Assembly (NCBI GenBank): GCA_046328905.1
Contig: JAXLVP010000001.1
Location: 3,175,541-3,239,540, forward strand
From: Bdellovibrionota bacterium
GTDB lineage: Bacteria; Bdellovibrionota_C; UBA2361; SZUA-149; CAZDWZ01
Direction of reading: 5' to 3'
Length of the DNA: 64,000 nt
Positions within the stretch are counted from its first letter, which is position 1. Each line of letters opens with the position of its first letter. The position numbers and the translations under genes were made by a program. The notes below the pieces were generated by a model. The model saw only the letters and a program-made list of their open reading frames with translations. It was not told the DNA's origin and ran no database searches. Shown in pieces: positions 1 to 9,248 of this stretch.

Positions 1-64
1 GAATTGCGCGCTCGGAAAGAGGCGGAAGCGCTGATTCGCGGGTCGTTGCCGGGAAAGGCGAGGA

Positions 65-862
65 CTACATCTTCTCAGTAAAGCTGAACGTGACCACTGA
101 AACTTTCAGCTTTTCGCCGTCCGTCTCTCCGCTCGGATTGAGGTCCCGGTCATGCTGGGAGAGGTGTTGCCGTGCTTCGTCGTGGAACTCGCGTCCCTGT
201 TTGAGAATCCAGTGTCGCAGCTCCGCTTCCTTTGCAGGAGAGATATTGTCGTAGAAGGTGCGGATGTGCAGGTTTTTTACGTCCTGCTTCTCGAATACGT
301 TCTCGCTGACCGAGCTCATCAGGAGCAGCGCGTCTTCCGCCATGAGCTCCATGCCTTCTTTTGAATTCTTGGTCGGCTGGTAGGCTTGTCGGATCAATTT
401 TATCGAGCTTTCATTTCGCTCCACTGAGCTCGAGCGCTCCAGCTCGAAGAGCACCGTGTAAGGATTGAGATCAGTGCTGACGGAGCTGACGAGATCCACA
501 AAGGTACCCGTCTTCCCGTCGAGGGTGAGCTGCTTCGGTTTTCCCGACTTCGTGAGGAAGCGACGGTCGCTCTGCCAAGCTCCGATGACGCGTGAGATCA
601 GGTCGGTCGGCGTTTTTGGGCCTGAGGTTTCGCTGCGGAGGCGCTGGATGTCCTTTCGCTGAAGACCGGTTGCCGCACTGAGCTTGCTGAGGTTGGACTC
701 GACGCCGTCGCGTTCCAGATCCTCTTCGACAACTTCGATGAAAACCTCTTTCAGGAGCTCGATGATGGATTGGATACGAACCGCTCGACGCAGGGCGAAG
801 CGCACCGCCGGCTTGAGCAGTCCTTTTATTCCGAGCATGGTCAGGTTCTGAGAACCCTTCAT
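65..862 (-). CDS. hypothetical protein with putative N-terminal helix-turn-helix
   Basis: 265-aa ORF. The N-terminal segment LSKLSAATGLQRKDIQRLR resembles an HTH. No other family motif recognised. Confidence 0.5.
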   Translation of the reverse strand: MKGSQNLTMLGIKGLLKPAVRFALRRAVRIQSIIELLKEVFIEVVEEDLERDGVESNLSKLSAATGLQRKDIQRLRSETSGPKTPTDLISRVIGAWQSDRRFLTKSGKPKQLTLDGKTGTFVDLVSSVSTDLNPYTVLFELERSSSVERNESSIKLIRQAYQPTKNSKEGMELMAEDALLLMSSVSENVFEKQDVKNLHIRTFYDNISPAKEAELRHWILKQGREFHDEARQHLSQHDRDLNPSGETDGEKLKVSVVTFSFTEKM

Positions 863-1842
863 ATGCTTCCGTCCTCGGTGGATGACTGTCGCGCGACCGG
901 CTCGGGTGGCGGCTCCTGAGTGGGTTGAGGAGTTGGCTCGGCCAGCGGGTCTAAGGCCGGTGTTGCCGTAGGTTCGGGTGTGGGCTCTGAACCCGGAGTG
1001 TCCGCCGGGGACGGAGCGGGCGAAGCACCTCCGTTCTGTTTGAGAAGCGTCGAGATCACAAACGCGGTTTGTTCTGCGGTCGGCTCATCGACCGGCGCCA
1101 CGATGCGATAGACACAGTGATCGACATCTTCGATGAATGGGAAATCAACGAGGCCGGTAGCTGTCTGACCGTCTGAGACGGTCACGCCGGAGCCAATCTC
1201 AGTCCAGGGGGCAAATTCGTCGCACGCCCTTACTTCGAGGCGGAACTTCGCTGCTGATCTCGGCAGACCGTCTTCCTTGGCGCTGATGCTTGCGGTGCAA
1301 ATTGTTCCCGGTTCAATCGGCTGGGTTTGGATGATGTCCCGATTGTTCGTGAACGCAGTCGCGCAGGCGCCGACAATCTGTACCGAAAGATCGGTGCTCT
1401 GAATCGCTACCGGCGGCGCCGCCTGATCAACGACGACTTGAACAACAATTGCCGCTGGGTCAACGGGTGTCGCGTCGACTGGCACCGTCGCCGCTTGCTG
1501 ACTCGGTGCAGAGACCTCGAGCTGGATCGTCGAAGGCAGGTTTGTTGACGGGAGCGCGATGACGAAATGTCCGCGAGTATCAGTATTCGATCGCGATGAC
1601 GTTCCCGGAGGCGCAGCATCACCGACATCAACTGTCGCGCCTTCGATTGGGGTTCCTTCGGAGGAAAGAATCCTTCCTTCGATAGTTGTCAGATTCTCGC
1701 CGGTTCCTGTGCCGACTGAACCGCCGCCGCAGCTTGGAAGAAGCAGGAGCGTGAGCGCAAAAGACGCTCCCAAGATTACGCGGACGAGCTGAAGCAATCC
1801 GGCAAAGCGGAGAGCTCTCGGCGGTGGAAAACTGATGTGCAT
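859..1842 (-). CDS. lipoprotein with carboxypeptidase-regulatory-like domain and Pro/Thr/Glu-rich C-terminal tail
   Basis: Signal peptide with lipobox LLLLPSCGG. The motif EGRILSSEGTPIEGATVDV is typical of CarboxypepD_reg-like domains. Low-complexity PT(E)-rich C-terminus. Start moved to the internal ATG at 1842, which has an upstream GGAG. Confidence 0.6.
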   Translation of the reverse strand: MHISFPPPRALRFAGLLQLVRVILGASFALTLLLLPSCGGGSVGTGTGENLTTIEGRILSSEGTPIEGATVDVGDAAPPGTSSRSNTDTRGHFVIALPSTNLPSTIQLEVSAPSQQAATVPVDATPVDPAAIVVQVVVDQAAPPVAIQSTDLSVQIVGACATAFTNNRDIIQTQPIEPGTICTASISAKEDGLPRSAAKFRLEVRACDEFAPWTEIGSGVTVSDGQTATGLVDFPFIEDVDHCVYRIVAPVDEPTAEQTAFVISTLLKQNGGASPAPSPADTPGSEPTPEPTATPALDPLAEPTPQPTQEPPPEPVARQSSTEDGSI

Positions 1843-1952
1843 TGTCTGTAACTCCAGCAAAACAGCCCGCGAAACCGTGGTGGACAAATTACCCATCACA
1901 TGGTAGCTTGGGCGAAGTTGATTGGCAAGGATCCTTCGTCAGAGGTGTCAGT

Positions 1953-2810
1953 ATGGGGCCCCGAATCCGCGTTCAAGACCTTTCGCTTGCGGTGCGAACG
2001 CACCGTCGGGAACAGGACCTGGCTATCGCCGAGGAAGTGATCCATCACGACTGCTATCAGCTGCGTCCGTTGCGAATGGCGCGCAAGCGCATGTCTGTCA
2101 TCCTGGACGTGGGTGGACACATCGGAGCGTTCGGCGTGTTTGCAAAGACCCTGTGGCCGGAAGCATTTCTGGTCGCCGTGGAGCCCAATAAGGAGTCGGC
2201 TGCGCTGTATCGTGAGAATCTCGATCTGAACGGTATCGAGGGTGCGATCGTCCTGGAAGCGGCCCTGAGCTACAATCCCCGCAAGCAGGTCCTCGTCGGC
2301 GACAAACGCTCGACCGGCGGCTGCGTTCTCGTCGATGTCGAGGAGGCGAATCGCCTTCAGACGATTCCGGTCGACCATGAAGCGAACCGGTATCGCGTCA
2401 TCGAACGCGAAGTTCCTACCGTCACTCTCGAACAGATCTTTGATCATCTGAACCTTGACGAAATCTCGCTCATGAAGCTCGATTGTGAGGGGAGTGAATT
2501 TGACCTGTTTCAGGCGGTCTCGGAATCGTGCTCGACGAAAGTGAAGCTGATTCTCGGAGAGTATCATGCGCAGGGCGGTTTTGAGCGGTTCGCTCTCGAC
2601 GCACGCAGAGCGTTCCCACATCTTTATTTCTTCGGGGATTCGCCGCAACACATCGGACCGTTTTGGGCACTGCCTTCGATGTTCTTTGCTGCGCGCTACT
2701 CCTTTGCGCGGCAGTTGAATCGAGCGCGCCGCAAGCTCTTTGTTCGTCCCCGTGAGCCTCAGACTGAAGAGGCATCGACACCTCGGCACGCGCAGCCTGA
2801 GCTGTACTAG
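1953..2810 (+). CDS. FkbM family SAM-dependent methyltransferase
   Basis: Motif ILDVGGHIGAFG (methyltransferase motif I), with length and context matching FkbM-family methyltransferases. ATG at 1953 preceded by GAGGTG. The first ATG at 1842 would overlap the divergent lipoprotein start. Confidence 0.75.
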   Translation: MGPRIRVQDLSLAVRTHRREQDLAIAEEVIHHDCYQLRPLRMARKRMSVILDVGGHIGAFGVFAKTLWPEAFLVAVEPNKESAALYRENLDLNGIEGAIVLEAALSYNPRKQVLVGDKRSTGGCVLVDVEEANRLQTIPVDHEANRYRVIEREVPTVTLEQIFDHLNLDEISLMKLDCEGSEFDLFQAVSESCSTKVKLILGEYHAQGGFERFALDARRAFPHLYFFGDSPQHIGPFWALPSMFFAARYSFARQLNRARRKLFVRPREPQTEEASTPRHAQPELY

Positions 2811-2824
2811 TTCGAAGTACAAGC

Positions 2825-4825
2825 TCATGGCGAGAGCGGCGCTTTTGTTGCCGTCGAAGCGTCCTTTGTCTGCCGTGCTTCCGCCGGTTTGACGCGAAAC
2901 AGCTTGGTTCCACCACTTTCGCTCACGAGCTGAAGCCGGTTCGAGCTCATCCATCTGTCAAAATCCAATTTCATAGCTGGAAAGACAAGATCCGTCCGGA
3001 GCAAGACATACTCGGCCTCTTCGGGGAAAAGCACGACGACGCGTCGATCGCTCACATAGGGGAGCGCGAAATGGGCAGCCGACACGGACGCGTTCGGAGG
3101 AAGGAATGGGAGTACTTTCTGCAGCGGACGGTAATACTCGCTCAGCCTCTGTTCGCGTGAAGCTTCACCCAAGAAGTGCACAGCATTCCAGGTAGAAATG
3201 CGGAAGGCATCATTTGGAACGCATGCTCCGAACTTGGCACTGATGAGGACTGAGGCTGTGAAGCAGAGCGAGGCGGCCGCTCGCGGGAAAAGACCTGTCG
3301 GCAGATACCCACGCTTCACCAGGAGGTCCTGTAAGCGCCGAATACCGTAGGGCAGCAAACCGAACACCAGAGGCGTCAGTGTGACATTGTACTGTGTATA
3401 GAGGGAATACTGGGCGGGCGCGGATGCACAAAAGCACAGGACTGTGCCGTAGAGAAGGACCCAGAGCCGGAATCCGCTGAGAAGCGGTAAGAACAGTACT
3501 GGGCCCAGAAGGAGTGAGAAGAAGAGCAGCTTCTCCGGTTGAAATATCGTTCGCAGCACGAAGACCGGATTCGTTGCCAAGGTCAGGACGAGACCCCTCA
3601 GCCCACCTGGCGGATCGGCGATGAGGGCTCGAAAGCGTTCCGAATAATCAAGAGCCGTGCTGCTCGTTTTCATGAAAACGCCTGGATCGCTCGCCAACAG
3701 CAGCTTGATAGCAACAAAATAAAACATTGAAGCTCCGATCACTGCGCATCCCAAGCGGCGGCGATCCTTCAGATGAAGCAAGGAGAGGCCGAACCCCACG
3801 CAGATGAACGCGGCGTCCTCTCGTGTCGCGAGCGTGAGCAGAAGCATGGCCCAGAAGAAAAACGTTTTGCGGTCTTCGACCGCCCACATCAGCCACAAGA
3901 GCGACGGTGCGATCAGCGTCAATGAGTGGAACTCGTAGAGCAGTGCGCCGTGAATACCGGGATGCAAAAGATAACTTCCGGCGCAAAGAGCTGCTGCCCA
4001 GTCATCGCCGAGAATCCGCTTCGTAAGCTTGAAGAGTGGTATGACGCCGCTCGCGACCCAGACGACCTGAAAGACAACGAGCGCTTCAGGGCCCGGGAAT
4101 GCGAAATGAAATGGTACAAGCAGGGCAAGAATCGGATCAATATGTGCTGAAGCGTGACTGCCTCCGGCGACAAGCGTGCTTTGGAGGAACCGGCCGCGAG
4201 CAGTGTTCCAGATCAGGTTCTCGTACAGAGCGAGGTCGATGGAGGAGACTATTCCAGCTCTTAAGTCGTAGACGGCGATCGTCGCAAGCGCGAGCACCAA
4301 TGCCGTAACGAGAAGAACGAGAAACACCTTTGCCGACCGCGAGCGGCGCGAGATAGGCATCACGGGCTCGAAGGCCGAATTGCGAAAGCATCGCGCCCTG
4401 AGGTGGCATGCGATGACGGCGACGAACGCGGCAATGAGAAGCAATGTGATCCACGGAATCGCGGATTCCATCCGCTGCGTGCCGAGGGCGATACCGAGAG
4501 GAATGAGAAGCAAAAGAATTCCGCGCCGATTGAAGCTTCGTATCGCATCGCGAGCGACAGTTGTTTTCTCTTCGGCGACAGAGATCTTGTGGACCAGCAC
4601 GGTGGCAAACGCGCAAAGCGAAAGCTCCATGGCGAGCAAAATGTCTCGGGCAATCGGTGCCGGACCTGCGTTGGTGAGCATGAAGTAGCCCAGCCCGGGC
4701 TCAAGGAAACGGACCACGAGAAATCCCGGACAAACTGCGAGACACAGCCCCAGAAGCAGCTCGCGAAGACGCAGAATGGGGTCGGGTGGGGAATGCTCGT
4801 CAGAGTGCATAGCGGGGGTGTTCAC
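2825..4825 (-). CDS. polytopic membrane protein, GT-C-like glycosyltransferase candidate (DUF2079-like)
   Basis: 666 aa with about 14 predicted hydrophobic helices followed by a soluble C-terminal domain. Divergently paired with a GT2 polyprenol-phosphate glycosyltransferase. Confidence 0.6.
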   Translation of the reverse strand: MNTPAMHSDEHSPPDPILRLRELLLGLCLAVCPGFLVVRFLEPGLGYFMLTNAGPAPIARDILLAMELSLCAFATVLVHKISVAEEKTTVARDAIRSFNRRGILLLLIPLGIALGTQRMESAIPWITLLLIAAFVAVIACHLRARCFRNSAFEPVMPISRRSRSAKVFLVLLVTALVLALATIAVYDLRAGIVSSIDLALYENLIWNTARGRFLQSTLVAGGSHASAHIDPILALLVPFHFAFPGPEALVVFQVVWVASGVIPLFKLTKRILGDDWAAALCAGSYLLHPGIHGALLYEFHSLTLIAPSLLWLMWAVEDRKTFFFWAMLLLTLATREDAAFICVGFGLSLLHLKDRRRLGCAVIGASMFYFVAIKLLLASDPGVFMKTSSTALDYSERFRALIADPPGGLRGLVLTLATNPVFVLRTIFQPEKLLFFSLLLGPVLFLPLLSGFRLWVLLYGTVLCFCASAPAQYSLYTQYNVTLTPLVFGLLPYGIRRLQDLLVKRGYLPTGLFPRAAASLCFTASVLISAKFGACVPNDAFRISTWNAVHFLGEASREQRLSEYYRPLQKVLPFLPPNASVSAAHFALPYVSDRRVVVLFPEEAEYVLLRTDLVFPAMKLDFDRWMSSNRLQLVSESGGTKLFRVKPAEARQTKDASTATKAPLSP

Positions 4826-4902
4826 GAAGCATTGTCCGGTGCGTTTTTCCTTACATACATGCTAAGGTAGCTGCGCAAAAGGCTAATTCAACTCCCAGGA
4901 CG

Positions 4903-5847
4903 ATGGATTACAGCGTCGTAATTCCGGTATTCAACGAATGCGAATCGCTCCCGGAGCTCCTTCCGGAGCTGTGCTCCGTCCTCTCTGACGTCGGCGGCGA
5001 TTTTGAGATCCTCGTTGTCGATGACGGGTCGACGGATTTTACTCAAGACACTCTCAAGCGGTTGGGTGCATCGATCCCTCAGCTGCGACCGCTCGTGCTC
5101 CGCCGCAGATTCGGGAAGGGCGCAGCCTATGCGGTGGGATTCGCAAACGCGAAGGGAGCTACGTTGCTCACGCTCGATGGAGACCTGCAGGACGATCCGA
5201 AAGAGATCCCTCGGTTCATTGCGAAGCTTGCGGAAGGCTACGATCTCGTGGTCGGCCACAAGGTGAACCGCGCAGAACAAGAACCGATGCGGCGAAAGCT
5301 TTCCGTCGTATTCAACATGCTCGTGAGCCTTGTGTTCGGTGGACGCTACTCCGATTGCGATAGCGGCTTTCGAGCGATGCGTCGGGTCGTCACTGCCGAA
5401 TTACAGACCTATGCGGGGCGATATCGATTCATTCCCGTTTTGGCAGCGCAAGCCGGATATCATGTCTGCGAGATTCCAATCACTCAACGGCGACGAAGGT
5501 TCGGTGAAAGCCGGTACGGAATGAAGCGTCTCTGGACAGGGCTCCTTGACCTGTTCGCTGTTCGGTTTCTTACGGGATTCGATCAGAGCCCGATTCACTT
5601 CTTCGGCTCGATTGGCGGCGTTCTTGCGCTCTGCGGTATTTTCCTTGAAGCCTACGCGGTGTTTTGCAAGCTCGGCGGGGACGCGTTTCGCGTCCACATC
5701 ACTGCCATCGTGCTCGGAGGCTTTCTCGCTCTTGGGGGGCTTCAGTTTGTCTCTCTAGGGCTCATCGGCGAGATGTTCTCGCAACGGTTCCCGAAGCCCG
5801 CGAACCATCTCAAAGACGCAGCGGAAGAGCGAGTAAACGTCGGCTAG
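4903..5847 (+). CDS. GT2 polyprenol-phosphate glycosyltransferase (ArnC/GtrB/DPM1-like)
   Basis: N-terminal VVIPVFNE motif, the FEILVVDDGSTD motif, an LDGDLQD DxD motif, and two C-terminal TM helices. Confidence 0.85.
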   Translation: MDYSVVIPVFNECESLPELLPELCSVLSDVGGDFEILVVDDGSTDFTQDTLKRLGASIPQLRPLVLRRRFGKGAAYAVGFANAKGATLLTLDGDLQDDPKEIPRFIAKLAEGYDLVVGHKVNRAEQEPMRRKLSVVFNMLVSLVFGGRYSDCDSGFRAMRRVVTAELQTYAGRYRFIPVLAAQAGYHVCEIPITQRRRRFGESRYGMKRLWTGLLDLFAVRFLTGFDQSPIHFFGSIGGVLALCGIFLEAYAVFCKLGGDAFRVHITAIVLGGFLALGGLQFVSLGLIGEMFSQRFPKPANHLKDAAEERVNVG

Positions 5848-5893
5848 AAACCGTGGCTCGAGGTAGCCTGAGGCGTCTCACGGTTCGAGCCCG

Positions 5894-5921
5894 AAGCTTG
5901 ATGCAAGCTCTGCTCTTTTCG
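5894..5921 (+). terminator. possible intrinsic terminator downstream of GT2 gene
   Basis: Hairpin AAGCTTG-atg-CAAGCT followed by CTGCTCTTTTCG. The stem is short and GC-poor. Confidence 0.3.
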
Positions 5922-6525
5922 CCATCGCATATTGCTCGGCGCATCCGCTCCTCCGTCCTTGAGCGATACAACGTAGACTATCACGTATCCCGGCCGCCCA
6001 TTCGGGTAGCCGGTTTGGGTCATGAACTGATGGCTGGCGGTGCTCTCGTGGACTATGTAGTCCTGTGGATTCGTGGATGTCGAACGTAGGGAAGCGCGAG
6101 CGGATGAGCGACTCTGCCGCGGCGGGCGATAGGTAATGAGCGCCGAGGAGCTTCGCGACCCACCGCTCGAGCTCATTCTTCGGTAGTGGGGCGACGCGAA
6201 CGCATCATGTGCTTCAGTGAAATAAAACAGGATGAGAGGAACGGCGAGAAAGCGACTTTTCATAAAACCTGCTCGATCGAAAACAACCTGCTGATAAGGC
6301 GCGGGGATCGCCCCGGCGGTATTAGCTTATGCAGCTTTCCCAAAAAAACGAGTCAGATAAAGCGTCAAAAAGGGTTCCGATGACATTTTTCGGTTTCTGA
6401 TGTAATTTGTGCACCCCAATCCATGCTCTTTCCGAGTCATTCCTGAGCTCACGCACGTTTCGTCGCCGATTCTCATCGAGAGTCGACGACGGCACCCCCA
6501 AACGAGGTTTTGAAAGGAGGGAATC

Positions 6526-6969
6526 ATGGGTGCGATCCGATTCGACGTTCGACTGAACGAGTCGCATATCCCCAACGTCTACTGCGGTAACCGCAGCATC
6601 TGGGATCTGCGAGATGTCGAAAAGCTCGAGGAACGAGACCTGCTTGGCGACAAGTGCTTTTGCGGCACTGCGGTCCGCATTCGCCTGAGAGATGAGGAAC
6701 GGACTGGGCGCAACGCGAACGTCCATTGGTTTTTGCGGCTCTGGATCGAGTCGCTCCGCGGAGAGGACGATCTCTTCGACCCCGAAAGCATCACTTTTGC
6801 CGAATGGCACTACGTGGGCGTCCCTCGCAAAGGAACTTGGCAAGAGTCCGACCTCCTTCGCTGGAAGGGGCGAGGCGTTCTCGTCGGTCCGGAGAAGCCG
6901 AAATGCTACCATCTCGGCAGTGATAAGGACGCGATGTTTCCCACGGGTTCTCGAAAGCGGCGGTATTAG
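6526..6969 (+). CDS. hypothetical small protein
   Basis: 147-aa ORF with a very strong RBS (AAAGGAGGGAATC-ATG) at the end of an AT-richer 680-bp intergenic region. No family recognised. Confidence 0.55.
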   Translation: MGAIRFDVRLNESHIPNVYCGNRSIWDLRDVEKLEERDLLGDKCFCGTAVRIRLRDEERTGRNANVHWFLRLWIESLRGEDDLFDPESITFAEWHYVGVPRKGTWQESDLLRWKGRGVLVGPEKPKCYHLGSDKDAMFPTGSRKRRY

Positions 6970-7092
6970 AAAGGGGGGCCGCCGCCCCATTCGATGTCGG
7001 CCTCTATTTGAAGGTGGCGTCGGGTGCGCGTCACGACGTGGGGCGACAAAATTTGGGGGGATGCGTGCACTCATCCCCCGTTCGGCTACCTG

Positions 7093-7773
7093 TTACAGAA
7101 CCGCAGTCTCGCGCCGAGTGAGGTACGCGCGATACCGAGGAACAATCCGCTTGGCCGCGAGGGGAACGAATCCAGCCGCCGCACCGAGATAGAGTGCTTC
7201 GAAGATTCCATTACCCAGAGCAAACCACAACACCACGGGGATCCGATTCGCAACAGTCTCGCTGCCGAGCTTAACGACAGACGATGCTGCGCACGTAGCA
7301 CCGAAATCCGCGGCGTAGAGCAGAACCGATGCTCCGAGCGCGCAAAAGTGCAGATACCAGAGGTCCGCCGCAAAACGAATCGGGTGGAACCAGTATTGCT
7401 CCGAGTAATATCGGGGGCAAAGCAGGTACCATGCGACCCAAAAGGAGAAGACCGCTCCGAAATAATCGCCAGCGATTCCGGCGATTGCTCCGAAGAACCA
7501 ATTACCACCAGGTGAATACTGAGCCGCGAACGCCAGCCCCGGAGAGAGCATGTACGTGCCGCAGACCTCCGAAACACCGAGGGCGATTCCAAGTCGCCCC
7601 GCCAAACGAGCAACTAATACTTCGTCGGACACATCCGCCGCAGGATCTGCGATGGTGCGTTCCCGACTCAGCTCCTTCCAAACTTCAATTGCTTCGACAT
7701 ACGTTTGCTTCACATTGCACAGCCGAACGAGTGATTGCCATGCGACACTGAATGCTGACATCAGTTTGAACAA
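7093..7773 (-). CDS. hypothetical integral membrane protein
   Basis: 226 aa with 5-6 hydrophobic helices rich in G/A/F/W. Confidence 0.55.
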   Translation of the reverse strand: MFKLMSAFSVAWQSLVRLCNVKQTYVEAIEVWKELSRERTIADPAADVSDEVLVARLAGRLGIALGVSEVCGTYMLSPGLAFAAQYSPGGNWFFGAIAGIAGDYFGAVFSFWVAWYLLCPRYYSEQYWFHPIRFAADLWYLHFCALGASVLLYAADFGATCAASSVVKLGSETVANRIPVVLWFALGNGIFEALYLGAAAGFVPLAAKRIVPRYRAYLTRRETAVL

Positions 7774-8004
7774 AATGTCCCTTCCACAACCTAAGCATCA
7801 ACCAAACATACCGAACGAGAGGTGCACCTCCCCCAAGCGTGCGCTGGAAAAGCACATGCGTCGAGAAGGCGCCTCGGCCTCGAGCCGAAAAGAAAATTCT
7901 AGTCTGGTACCAGTAAAGAGAACGCAGAAGACTCAAGAAATTTATATGGTGGAGGGGCGGCTCCACCTAAGAGAAAACAAATGGGAAATCAAGAAGCAGT
8001 GATC

Positions 8005-8922
8005 CTACCGCTTCTCGAATCGTTCACGCAACGGACGGAAGACAAGCGTTTCCGGGCAGCGAGCGATCGCTTCTCGGATCTTCACGCATGTTTCGTCCGT
8101 GCTCGGATCGCACCCCGTGATCGTCCCGTGTGCTGCGTCCAAAAGCCGTTGGTAATGATCTCGGTCCAGGGTCGTCCCGGCGAGCTTCTTTCCAACAGCA
8201 ATAAACGCGAGAGTGAGGAACTCGACTGGTGGATCCTCCTCGCTCATCGCCGGCTGCGCGTATGGCGCAGGTTCCGGCGAGTCCGACTTGAGTCGGGGAG
8301 GCTTGACGATTTTGCCCCGCGAGGCCGAGCGAGATTCTGTGGGAACCACGAGCTCCATTGCGCGCATGTTCGCCCAGAACCAAAGCCGTTCCTCCGGCCC
8401 GAGACCTGCGGATTTGTCGATCTCCACTTCTTCCGGTGTCATCTTGACCGGATCGTTGAATTCTAAAAAGATGGCATCAACGTTACGTAACACCATCTCT
8501 TCTCGGATGATCGACATGACCGGCAGGAACGCTTCGGCCCGGAGCTCAGAGCTTGTGAGCCACCAGTGCTCGCACCAAGCGTATCTCACTCCGTCTACGT
8601 CAAGGATCTGAAAATGCAGGCCGCCAAGAACTCGATTCTTGTGATCTCGAAAGATCAGAAGCGTCCAATCCATTGGTAAGCTTCCGCTCATGTACATGAC
8701 GTACGTCAGCGCGCCTTCAATCTCTCCCGGCAAAGGGAATGCCTTCTTGAACTGCGGCCAGTATTCCGCTAGCGCCGCGAGAGCAGAAACTTGCTCTTCG
8801 TCACTGCCCATCAGCATTTTTTTGAGGTCTTGAACGTGGACCTTTGCCTCGGATCCCGTCCGAGGAGTATGGCCAAACACTTCCTTACAAAAACTACCCA
8901 ACAACGAACACCACTTCAGCAT
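8005..8922 (-). CDS. hypothetical protein
   Basis: 305-aa ORF with balanced composition. No recognised motif. Confidence 0.55.
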   Translation of the reverse strand: MLKWCSLLGSFCKEVFGHTPRTGSEAKVHVQDLKKMLMGSDEEQVSALAALAEYWPQFKKAFPLPGEIEGALTYVMYMSGSLPMDWTLLIFRDHKNRVLGGLHFQILDVDGVRYAWCEHWWLTSSELRAEAFLPVMSIIREEMVLRNVDAIFLEFNDPVKMTPEEVEIDKSAGLGPEERLWFWANMRAMELVVPTESRSASRGKIVKPPRLKSDSPEPAPYAQPAMSEEDPPVEFLTLAFIAVGKKLAGTTLDRDHYQRLLDAAHGTITGCDPSTDETCVKIREAIARCPETLVFRPLRERFEKR

Positions 8923-9248
8923 GATTTTCCTTTTCCACTACGGCTTACACCCGTCGTCGAGCAATGAACCTTTCATTGCCCCTCCAACCGGCTCACGGCG
9001 TGCGCGAGCCGGCGAGAGGAGTCTTCTGCACCCGAGATATCTTGAGAAAGAGGAGTGAACGGCCTTAGAAAGGCGGACGCGGCGCGCTTTGAAACGGTTA
9101 CCGCGCTGACTTTATGTTATGACGGCACCGCCTGCGGTGGGGACGTTTTACGCATGATCGCGCGGAATCTTTCGAGATTTTGATCTATGGGTTTCCCATT
9201 CGAAACTCACCTCGACCCTACACCCTGCATTAGTATATTTTTGAGCCC

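Noticed and set aside
1896-2954. 352-aa minus-strand ORF
   Set aside because: Entirely antisense to the FkbM methyltransferase gene, which has clear family motifs. R/Q-rich composition typical of an antisense frame in GC-rich DNA.
6322-7074. 250-aa minus-strand ORF
   Set aside because: Antisense to the 6526-6969 ORF, which has a near-perfect RBS. Product is Arg/Pro-rich with no motifs.
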